Notes under the pieces: generated by a model
Seen by the model: the letters and a program-made list of their open reading frames with translations, nothing else
What the model was told of the DNA's origin: nothing
Database searches by the model: none
Shown here: in pieces, positions 9,112 to 16,884 of the stretch
Layout: each line of letters begins with the position of its first letter
How positions within the stretch are numbered: position 1 is the stretch's first letter
Assembly (NCBI GenBank): GCA_027031765.1
Contig: JALVPN010000105.1
Location: 3,401-35,400 of the forward strand
Origin: Promethearchaeota archaeon
GTDB taxonomy: Archaea > Asgardarchaeota > Thorarchaeia > Thorarchaeales > Thorarchaeaceae
Direction: 5' to 3'
Length of the DNA stretch: 32,000 bases
Position numbers and translations under genes: made by a program

Positions 9112-10689
9112 GTGCAACTGTTGCAACTCTTTCCAGAGGGGCTCTACCCGGTGCTCCCCGTCCTGATACCTGTGGGCTCCGCGCTCCTGATTGCGGTGCT
9201 CGCCGTGCTGAGCCAGACAGTGCGCGGACGACAGGCACGTGGTGTGTCTGATGGCATTGCCGTCCTCGCTTTCGCAGCCACCCTCCTCTATGTCTACCAG
9301 CTGGGCGTGCGGGTGTGGGCGGGAGGTGTCCAGACCTTCGTGTGGTCCTCCGGCGGCACGACCTACCCCGGCCCGCTCGGCGTGGTGCTGGCTGCTGACG
9401 CCTTCTCTGTCTTCCTCATGGGCCTGTTCACGGTCATGGGCCTTGTGGTCTCCATCTACTCCATTGGCTACATGAGTCATGACACGGGGCTGCAACAGTA
9501 CTACGCCCTGCTCCTCATAATGGTCGGCGCAATGAACGGGGTGGTAGTTGCCTGCGACCTCTTCACGCTGTTCATGTTCTACGAGACCATGGGGCTGTCG
9601 AGCTTCGTCCTCGTTGCTTTCCGGAGGGACTGGGAGGGCATCGAGGCCGCCATAAAGTACCTCATGATGTCTGCCGTCGGCTCCACCCTCGTGCTGTTCT
9701 CTGCCAGCTACCTCTACGGCCTCACCGGCACCCTGAACATCGGGGCCATGGCACAGGCTGTGCAGTCAGACCCTGACAACCCCCTCATCGGCGTGTTGAT
9801 TGCACTGTTGACTGCTGGTTTCGGTGTAAAGGGCGCAGTCGTACCCTTCGCGGCCTGGCTGGCCGATGCACACCCGGCAGCACCCAGTGGCATCAGCGCG
9901 ATGCTCTCGGGTGTTGTCATCAAGGTCGGTATCTACGGTATTGTCCGGGTCAACGTGACACTCTTCTCTGTGAGCGTGCCCTACTTCGACTGGCCGCTCC
10001 TCCTCGCCACATTCGCACTCGTCACGATGACCGCTGGCAACTTCTGGGCCCTCACACAGACCGACCTGAAACGGATGCTTGCCTACAGCTCGATCACACA
10101 GATCGGTTTCATCCTGTTCGCATTCGGCACCTTTACGGAGTTCGGCTACCAGACCGGCACGTTCTACATCCTGAGCCACGCCCTCACGAAGGGCCTGCTG
10201 TTCCTCTGCGCAGGAGCATTCCTGCACTCCGTCGGTACACGCGACCTCAATGAACTGGAGGGCATCGGGAAGAGAATGCCCTTCACAGGTGCTGTGTTCG
10301 TCCTCGGCGTGCTCTCCCTCATGGGAATGCCACCCCTCGCTGGCTTCTACGCCAAGGTGCTCATCCTGATGGCGGGTGTCAGCGCGGGCATCACACAGAC
10401 GCCCCTGTACGTAGGGTTCACCCTCGTCGCCATCTTCAACGCACTCCTCGCCCTGGGCTACTACCTCAGGATGCTCCAGGTCGTGTGGCTCAGACCACCC
10501 AGTGACCGGGCGCAGGGTGCCCACCCGGCCAGCAGGTCAATGCAGCTGGCAATGCTCCTCATGGCCGCAGCCCTCCTCCTCATCGGCCTATACCCGGCCC
10601 CGGTGTACAGTATCGCCTCCGCCGCGGGTAGTGCGCTGTACAATGCAGGCAGCCTGGTCTCGGCAGTCCTCGGTGCACAGTCACCCTAG
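9112..10689 (+). CDS. nuoN: NuoN/FpoN-position antiporter-like subunit (MrpD/HyfB-like sequence)
   Basis: FMFYETMGLSSFVL, GFGVKGAVVPFAAWLADAHPAAPSGISAMLSG, KRMLAYSSITQIG. Start moved from 8800 (inside nuoM) to the GTG at 9112 after GGAGG. Confidence 0.85.
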   Translation: MQLLQLFPEGLYPVLPVLIPVGSALLIAVLAVLSQTVRGRQARGVSDGIAVLAFAATLLYVYQLGVRVWAGGVQTFVWSSGGTTYPGPLGVVLAADAFSVFLMGLFTVMGLVVSIYSIGYMSHDTGLQQYYALLLIMVGAMNGVVVACDLFTLFMFYETMGLSSFVLVAFRRDWEGIEAAIKYLMMSAVGSTLVLFSASYLYGLTGTLNIGAMAQAVQSDPDNPLIGVLIALLTAGFGVKGAVVPFAAWLADAHPAAPSGISAMLSGVVIKVGIYGIVRVNVTLFSVSVPYFDWPLLLATFALVTMTAGNFWALTQTDLKRMLAYSSITQIGFILFAFGTFTEFGYQTGTFYILSHALTKGLLFLCAGAFLHSVGTRDLNELEGIGKRMPFTGAVFVLGVLSLMGMPPLAGFYAKVLILMAGVSAGITQTPLYVGFTLVAIFNALLALGYYLRMLQVVWLRPPSDRAQGAHPASRSMQLAMLLMAAALLLIGLYPAPVYSIASAAGSALYNAGSLVSAVLGAQSP

Positions 10690-10756
10690 CTGCTGCAACT
10701 GTTGCGTAGTCCCTACGTCCGGCCCGGTGCCCCCTCCACCCCCTCCGGTGGTGCTG

Positions 10757-11236
10757 TCAGTGCACCCTCGACCGCAGCACCCTGTACGCGTTGTACAGGA
10801 ACAGCAGCGGCCCCGCTGGTATCATCGCCAGGTACAGCAGGATGGCGACCACTTCTTGCGTCGCAGGTGCAACACGGGACACCACGACGAGCACAACAAA
10901 GAGCACGCCCAGTCCCACAAGGTCGCGCTTCCCGACGGTCTTGTCCTCTGTGGGGCCTGCTGCCGTCGCCTCTTGGTCTGACCCTCCAATGCGTATCAGT
11001 GCAATGACAGGCACATAGGACCCGCGGGCCAGTAGCAGTGTGAGAGGCCCTAGTATGCGTTCTGGGAGAACTGTCCAGAAACTCCACACGCAGAGGCACA
11101 TCACGTAGGCTGCGGTGATGAGAAGGCCCCTGTTCCCCAGACGTAGCGAGCTGACATGACCGGGGCCCGTGTCACTACCGCGCGTATTCCAAAGCGATAT
11201 ATCGGACGCCACAGTCAGTAACAGGAGGCCACCCAT
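10757..11236 (-). CDS. Hypothetical small membrane protein (about 4 TM); start uncertain
   Basis: Hydrophobic ORF that fills the gap between nuoN and the GIY-YIG gene. The listed start collides with the GIY-YIG start, so the true start is probably downstream (for example the ATG at 11101). Confidence 0.5.
   Translation of the reverse strand: MGGLLLLTVASDISLWNTRGSDTGPGHVSSLRLGNRGLLITAAYVMCLCVWSFWTVLPERILGPLTLLLARGSYVPVIALIRIGGSDQEATAAGPTEDKTVGKRDLVGLGVLFVVLVVVSRVAPATQEVVAILLYLAMIPAGPLLFLYNAYRVLRSRVH
11189..11203. promoter_or_regulatory. Possible BRE/TATA element (CCAAAGCGATATATC), palindromic core, between divergent genes
   Basis: GATATATC at 11196-11203, about 30 nt upstream of the GIY-YIG ATG. 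Confidence 0.4.
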
Positions 11237-11528
11237 GTACTACGTCTACATCATCGAGACCGAGGACGGCACCTACTACACTGGCCAGACCAACTGCCTC
11301 CTCCGCCGACTGCGTGAGCACCTCACGTCACCGTCACGTTCAGCAGCCTACTTCAGGCTCCACGCACCGCGGTTCCTCGTATATGTGGAGGAGTGCCCCA
11401 CGCGTGCAGATGCGATGCGGCGCGAGCGTGAGATCAAGCGTGACAGGCGTCTGAAAATGAGGCTTGTACGTTCGCGTCGTGATGAGATCTCTGAGCTCCT
11501 TGCCCATGCCGCCCCTGGGCCCGACTAG
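11235..11528 (+). CDS. GIY-YIG nuclease, stand-alone UPF0213/YhbQ type
   Basis: MYYVYII..DGTYYTGQT..LLRRLREH and EECPTRADAMRREREIK. SD GGAGG at 11224-11228. Confidence 0.92.
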   Translation: MYYVYIIETEDGTYYTGQTNCLLRRLREHLTSPSRSAAYFRLHAPRFLVYVEECPTRADAMRREREIKRDRRLKMRLVRSRRDEISELLAHAAPGPD

Positions 11529-14293
11529 TCTGTTTCTTCACCACTCCCCTGCCCTACTCTCTCCAACAGCCTGTATACCACACGTGAGAGCGGGTCTCCT
11601 TCCTCCTCGCAGTATGAAGCGAGTCTTGCGAGCCAGTGGAGGCAGGCCCTTCTGCACTCCCTGAAGGCCGTGGGGGCCCTCAGTGCGCTGCCAACGCTGT
11701 CAAGTTGCAGGAGCGTCTTCTCAAGCCACATCAGGTACCCACTGTCCTCACCGACTGCCGTGACACCACGCTTCGAGAAGTCACCGCGTCCCTCCAGGAA
11801 GTCACAGACGATGTCGTACGTAATCCACAGGTCCCGGATGTCGCTTGCAGTACCTATCTCAGGGACACGTTGCACAAGCTTGAACGGTAGTTCAGTCCCG
11901 GCCTCCAGCCCCCGGGCATATGTCGACAGGGTCTTGACGAGGCCGTATGCACACCGTACCTCCTTGACAAGCAGGTCGAGGAAGCCACACTGCACCCACG
12001 TCCTCGGGTCTGACAGGCGGTGTGAAGTGAAGTCGGGCACAGAACAGGGCTCCTCACCTATGCGTGCGGGTCGGAGCCAGACCTCGGACAGACAGAGGCG
12101 GGTCGGCCGCCCGTCCTCAACGAGCCCGCACCCACGGGAGAATGCCATCGCTACCGCCTCGTGCATGCGCTGTCGCAACATGAAGTCGACCGCCGTTGAC
12201 GGGACTGGTGACAGGCGCCGTGAGTCCTCGAGGAAGACCATGTTGATGGCGTTCACAGGTGTCCTCACGGTCTGGTTCGCCCGCACCATCATGATGGCAA
12301 AGTCCGCGTCCGGGTCTGCACGTACTGCGGGGGTGACGTTGTCAAGGGTCTTTCGGGTGGGCCCGTCCAGGCGTGAAGCGTTGCCAGTGGGCTGGAATGC
12401 CTCCCGGGCCCAGACGACTTGGACCTTCTCGTGGCTGTCCTGTGGGAACGTTGTGAGGAACCTGACCCGGTTGTGGAGTATCTCCCATGCATAGTGGTAG
12501 TTCTGGTGGGTCATGGTTTCCAGTAGCACCTTCTCCCTGAACGGGTGGTGGAAGAAGACATACATCCTGCGGATGTCGGCCCCACTGACCTTGCTCGCAT
12601 ACCGTCCGACAAGGTCGCGCTCAATTATCCATGCACCGCCACCGGTCGCAATCCACCCGAGCGTCCCATATCCAGCAAGCTCAAGGGTCGGCATGGTGTC
12701 TGACAGTCGCTTCCCACGGAGCTGCGGCATGTCCACAGTCCTGTGTACTCCACCGGCCTTCTGGCCGTCCCCGTCGGTCACTGTGTTGTCTGCGGCCATG
12801 GTGCCATTGCCTGCGACGGCCTCTCCGGTCCACGCCTCGACCAGTGCGCAGACCCGCCGGCGCTGTGGTGTGTCAAGGCCAAGCAGACCGACGACCCCTG
12901 CAGTCGCAAGAGTGGCCCCCGGGTTGAGGGTGTCAAGGAGCGTGTCTGCCCTCCGTGTCTGTGGTAGCAGGTTGACCCGTAGCAGGCCACATGCCAGCTC
13001 CTCGTCCACCTCTTCAGGTGTGCAGCTCCTCAGTCTCCTCTCAACCGCCTGTGAGACCCGGTGGAGCGTGTGCTGCCTGCGCACATACCCTTCAAGGGCC
13101 AGTGCGATGTTGCTGCTGTCGACCAGCCTGATGCTGTTGCCGTCGAACTCGCCCTCAAAGATGTCCTCGAGGAGGAGCCGCTGGCGTCTCGTCATGGTGT
13201 CCGTAGACTGGAACTCTTCGAGGAACTCCAGTGTCCGGGGCTGCATGTGTCCCTCCGCATCAGGGACGTGATACCCTGTCACGACCAGTGCCATGACGGG
13301 CCGCCCTGTCACGTTGTCGTGGGGCCGCCTCATCATGGTCGCCGAGAACCCCGTCACCCCACTGAGCTCCAGTACCGGTGCGCTCCCAGCATGCGTGTTG
13401 ACCACACCGTGGGCACCGTCCCAATGGACCGTCCACACCTCCTCTCCCCCAGTGTCAGTACTCCTGTCGACCACCTTGAGGTCATGGTCCTTCACTGCCA
13501 GTCGTATGAGGTTCCGGACAGCGCCCTCGTCGAACAGGGGCGGCACACCGTCTATAGTGCTGCACAGCACCCGGAGGAGTTCCCCAAACCTGTGCATGTT
13601 GCCGTTGGCATAGTCGTGCGCAGTGATCCCCCGTGCGAGCACCTTCACAATGTTGGTCGACCGCGGGTCGAGCCATGCAGCAGCCCTCTCCCGGAGCGAC
13701 AGGTCTGCACACCTCTCCAGCTCGTGTGCGAGTATTTCGACCTCCGTGCCAGTGAGTGGTGGGTTCATATACTCCATCCCGGGCAGCGTGCTCACATCGA
13801 CCTGCACCGAGGCCTCCAGCAGGGCAGCAGGTGCCCGCGTCGACTGGCGCACCAGGGTCTCCATCAGCTGCACGTAGTTCACGAGGAGGACGAGCTCCCA
13901 GACCGTCATCCCTGTGGCCTCCTCCAGCTTCACGACATGACCCGCAGAGCCTATGCCGAGGAGCGGCCGGATGCGTCCCGGGTCTGAGAGGAGCTGTGCC
14001 CGCAGCGCGTCCCTGTCATGCTGCCATGTCCACTCTATCAGTGCCCTCCCGACTACAACAATGATTGCCGTGCCGATGGCCATGAGGACCGGTATCGTCA
14101 GGTCGACCAGTGCTGGCCACTCGATGTCCGTGACGAACTGGTAGCCGAACAGCACTACAACCATGCGCTCCGCCTCAGTGGTGAGGCCGAGCATGACGAA
14201 GGTCGGGAATGAGAGCAGGGAAACGACCCCTGCGATGTTCCACTCTTGCAGGAACGCCTTGACCGTTTCTCGTAACTGTGCCCTGTACCGCAT
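11525..14293 (-). CDS. Large hypothetical protein (922 aa), 2 N-terminal TM helices plus about 830 aa soluble region; family not recognised
   Basis: Long uninterrupted ORF with protein-like composition. SD GAGGCGGTG 5 nt before the ATG, 12 bp downstream of the Nudix gene. Confidence 0.8.
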   Translation of the reverse strand: MRYRAQLRETVKAFLQEWNIAGVVSLLSFPTFVMLGLTTEAERMVVVLFGYQFVTDIEWPALVDLTIPVLMAIGTAIIVVVGRALIEWTWQHDRDALRAQLLSDPGRIRPLLGIGSAGHVVKLEEATGMTVWELVLLVNYVQLMETLVRQSTRAPAALLEASVQVDVSTLPGMEYMNPPLTGTEVEILAHELERCADLSLRERAAAWLDPRSTNIVKVLARGITAHDYANGNMHRFGELLRVLCSTIDGVPPLFDEGAVRNLIRLAVKDHDLKVVDRSTDTGGEEVWTVHWDGAHGVVNTHAGSAPVLELSGVTGFSATMMRRPHDNVTGRPVMALVVTGYHVPDAEGHMQPRTLEFLEEFQSTDTMTRRQRLLLEDIFEGEFDGNSIRLVDSSNIALALEGYVRRQHTLHRVSQAVERRLRSCTPEEVDEELACGLLRVNLLPQTRRADTLLDTLNPGATLATAGVVGLLGLDTPQRRRVCALVEAWTGEAVAGNGTMAADNTVTDGDGQKAGGVHRTVDMPQLRGKRLSDTMPTLELAGYGTLGWIATGGGAWIIERDLVGRYASKVSGADIRRMYVFFHHPFREKVLLETMTHQNYHYAWEILHNRVRFLTTFPQDSHEKVQVVWAREAFQPTGNASRLDGPTRKTLDNVTPAVRADPDADFAIMMVRANQTVRTPVNAINMVFLEDSRRLSPVPSTAVDFMLRQRMHEAVAMAFSRGCGLVEDGRPTRLCLSEVWLRPARIGEEPCSVPDFTSHRLSDPRTWVQCGFLDLLVKEVRCAYGLVKTLSTYARGLEAGTELPFKLVQRVPEIGTASDIRDLWITYDIVCDFLEGRGDFSKRGVTAVGEDSGYLMWLEKTLLQLDSVGSALRAPTAFRECRRACLHWLARLASYCEEEGDPLSRVVYRLLERVGQGSGEETD

Positions 14294-14305
14294 GTCAGCA
14301 CCGCC

Positions 14306-15100
14306 TCATTGCAGGTCGTCTCCGAGCTCCAGCCGCTCGGCCAGGAGCCGCACGGCAAGGACGAAGTGGTCTGTTGCCAAGTACCCCTCCGCAGCAGGCG
14401 TGTACCCGCTCTCGGCCAGTCGGAGCAGGGCCTCCCTGTCGGTATCTATGAACACCGCCCGTCTGTGTTCCCGCCTGCTCACGACCACCTCCCGGGAGCC
14501 CACTCTTACTGGGGCCAGCACCACACATGTGGTGTCGTGGTTGTCGCCCCAGACCAGGCCCAGCACACGGAACGACCCCCTCTCAAAGTCGACCCCTTCA
14601 ACAAGCGATGTCTCCTCTTGGATCTCCCGCGCGGCGGTCTCGACGGGCCTTTCAGGGACTATCTGCCAGCAGGTCGGGTCGTCCTCTGCTGCCACCACCA
14701 CAGGGTCTATGAACCCCGCACCCACGGCATGGAGGCGGTCTGGCTGGTCGGGGCCACGTCGGATACCTGCCACGAGCCGTCCGTCCGTCGTAATGATGAG
14801 TGGTGTCACACTCAGCGGGTTCGGCCACTCTCCGGGCGTGCCCCGTGGCTCGGTGCGGAGGACAAAGTGCCACTTGTAGCTCGTCCGACTGACATCTATC
14901 ACGAGCTCGTCACCTGAAGCCCTGATGCCCTCGTACCTCCACAGCCCGCCGTCATATACCTCTCCTGCTATCCCTGGCCACCGTCTTGCAACGAGTCTGC
15001 GCTCGTCATTGGACGGTGTCCAGCTGCTGCTCACCACCACCAGCCCGCAGTCCTCTACTCGCCAGTTGCCACTCACCAAGACCCTGCGCTCGTCAGACAT
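14306..15100 (-). CDS. Nudix hydrolase, NUDT22-like architecture
   Basis: Nudix helix ETAAREIQEETSL preceded by GAGFIDP. N-terminal YDG...TSYK...NPLSVTPLIITTDGRLV resembles NUDT22-type enzymes. Confidence 0.78.
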   Translation of the reverse strand: MSDERRVLVSGNWRVEDCGLVVVSSSWTPSNDERRLVARRWPGIAGEVYDGGLWRYEGIRASGDELVIDVSRTSYKWHFVLRTEPRGTPGEWPNPLSVTPLIITTDGRLVAGIRRGPDQPDRLHAVGAGFIDPVVVAAEDDPTCWQIVPERPVETAAREIQEETSLVEGVDFERGSFRVLGLVWGDNHDTTCVVLAPVRVGSREVVVSRREHRRAVFIDTDREALLRLAESGYTPAAEGYLATDHFVLAVRLLAERLELGDDLQ

Positions 15101-15130
15101 CGATGACCTACGAGCACTCGTGGCTGCGGG

Positions 15131-15137
15131 TATTTAG
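15131..15137 (-). promoter_or_regulatory. Possible TATA box (CTAAATA) for the Nudix operon, leaderless spacing
   Basis: Lies about 30 nt upstream of the ATG at 15100. Confidence 0.35.
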
Positions 15138-15360
15138 TCTTAGCGAGTGTCAGCATGTCGGTCGTGTCTCGGCCCGGGGCATTGCCCGCCTGTACTGACG
15201 GACCACGTGTGCTCCTCCTATGCTTCGCTGCTGGTTGCTCAGGCCCGTCCCGTCCCGTCCCCAGTCCTGTGTGGCACCCCATTGTCGTGGCATTCCTGCC
15301 CGCTGCCTGGCACTCGAAGTGTTCTTATTCCGACCCGTGGTCGTGTCACCCTGTGTGTGC

Positions 15361-16884
15361 ATGATGACCGACCTTGTGGTAGCAATAGACGTCGGTACCT
15401 CTGGCGTCCGCTCGATGGTCTCTGACACCGAGGGCCGTGTCGTGGCCCGGGGATACGAGGAGTTCAAGAGCGAGTACCCACACCCCTCGTGGGTCGAGCA
15501 GGACGCCGATGCGTGGTGGCGGACAGCCTGCAGCACCCTGAAGAGATGTCTGTCCTCCGAGGGCGTGTCCCCAGAACGGGTGGCTGCGGTCAGCGTTACG
15601 AACCAGCGAGAGACCATTGTCCCTGTCGAGGAGGACGGCAGCCCCCTCAGGAGAGCAATAGTGTGGCAGGACCGCCGGACGGTCGCAGAGTGTCAGTGGC
15701 TCCGGGAGCACGTCACGCCGGAGACCATCTACTCGGTCACTGGCCTCACAGTCGACCCGTACTTCTCCGCCCCCAAGCTCCTCTGGTTGAAGACCCATGA
15801 ACCAGACGTGTTCAGGGCAGCACACAAGTTCCTCCTGGTGCATGACTTCGTTGTCCACAGGCTCTGCGGCGAGTATGTCACTGACTACTCGAATGCGAGC
15901 CGTACGATGCTCTTCGATATCGCGCGCGGCCAGTGGTCTGAGACGTTACTCGGACAGATGGGCATCACCCCCGAGCTGCTCCCGAGAGCGGTCCCCTCCG
16001 GTACGCAGGTCGGCGAGGTGGGCCCGGACGCAGCCCGCGAGACCGGCCTTGCGACTGGTACACCCGTCGTGGCTGGCGGCGGTGACCAGCAGTGTGCAGC
16101 CCTTGGTGTGGGTGTTGTCCGTCCCGGCTCGGTCAAGGCAACTACGGGCACTGGCACGTTCCTCCTGGCATTCTCACAGTCAGTGCGCCTCGACCCGGGA
16201 CGACGCCTGTTGTGCAGCAGACACGTTGTACCCGACACCTTCGTGGTCGAGGCAAGCATGTTCACTACCGGGGCCGCCCTCCGCTGGTTCAGGGACAACC
16301 TCGCACCCAAGGAGTGCGAACAGGCCCGTCAGGAGGCCTCCGACCCGTACGACCTGCTGATGGAGCTGGCCGCCACAGCACCGCCCGGCGCTGGTGGTGT
16401 GCTCCATATCCCCCACTTTGTGGGTGCGGGTGCACCACACTGGAACCCACACGCCCGGGCCGTCTTCGCAGGCATTGCTCTGGGACACTCACGCGCCCAT
16501 CTCCTCCGGGCCGTCCTCGAAGGTGTCGCAATGGAAATCCGTACCAATGTCGAGGTGATGCGTTCAATCGGCATACCCGTACGTGAGCTGCGGGTCACGG
16601 GTGGCGCGGCCCGGAGCCGCTTCTGGATGCAGGTCCAGAGCAACGTACTCGGAGTCCCCATCGTACGGACGGCCCTTGAAGAGGCAACGTCCCTGGGTGC
16701 TGCAGTCCTGGCGTGCATTGGTGCTGGCATCTTCCAGTCGGCAGTCGAGGCTGTTGACCGGATGGTGCGTCCTGCAGACACGCTGGCCCCAGACCCTGAG
16801 GAGAGGGACTTGTATGACACCCTCTTTGCCCGCTACTCGGCACTCTACAGGGCCCTCTCAGACATCGACTGGCCCACAGACTAG
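15361..16884 (+). CDS. FGGY-family carbohydrate kinase (glycerol kinase/xylulokinase-like)
   Basis: AIDVGTSGVRS, NQRET, AIVWQDRRT, DPYFS, NASRTMLF, GDQQ, TGTF and GGAARS. Start moved from 15220 to the ATG at 15361. Confidence 0.92.
   Translation: MMTDLVVAIDVGTSGVRSMVSDTEGRVVARGYEEFKSEYPHPSWVEQDADAWWRTACSTLKRCLSSEGVSPERVAAVSVTNQRETIVPVEEDGSPLRRAIVWQDRRTVAECQWLREHVTPETIYSVTGLTVDPYFSAPKLLWLKTHEPDVFRAAHKFLLVHDFVVHRLCGEYVTDYSNASRTMLFDIARGQWSETLLGQMGITPELLPRAVPSGTQVGEVGPDAARETGLATGTPVVAGGGDQQCAALGVGVVRPGSVKATTGTGTFLLAFSQSVRLDPGRRLLCSRHVVPDTFVVEASMFTTGAALRWFRDNLAPKECEQARQEASDPYDLLMELAATAPPGAGGVLHIPHFVGAGAPHWNPHARAVFAGIALGHSRAHLLRAVLEGVAMEIRTNVEVMRSIGIPVRELRVTGGAARSRFWMQVQSNVLGVPIVRTALEEATSLGAAVLACIGAGIFQSAVEAVDRMVRPADTLAPDPEERDLYDTLFARYSALYRALSDIDWPTD

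Noticed and set aside
4650-10689. Canonical Mrp antiporter or group 4 [NiFe]-hydrogenase operon
   Set aside because: There are no MrpE/F/G genes and no hydrogenase large or small subunits, and three antiporter-like subunits in K-L-M-N order fit Nuo/Fpo better.
11235-11528. GIY-YIG as a homing endonuclease or mobile element
   Set aside because: It is only 97 aa, catalytic domain alone (UPF0213 type), with no intron or intein context, DNA-binding tail or flanking repeats.
11525-15100. Canonical CBASS (TM-Nudix effector) system
   Set aside because: No CD-NTase/SMODS cyclase or Cap genes are visible. The locus is kept only as an unknown operon.
15244-15261. (CCCGT)x3 microrepeat in the Nudix/FGGY intergenic region, and similar (ATAC)x3 near 18632
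   Set aside because: Too short to be significant in GC-rich DNA, and there is no spacer structure, so these are not CRISPR.
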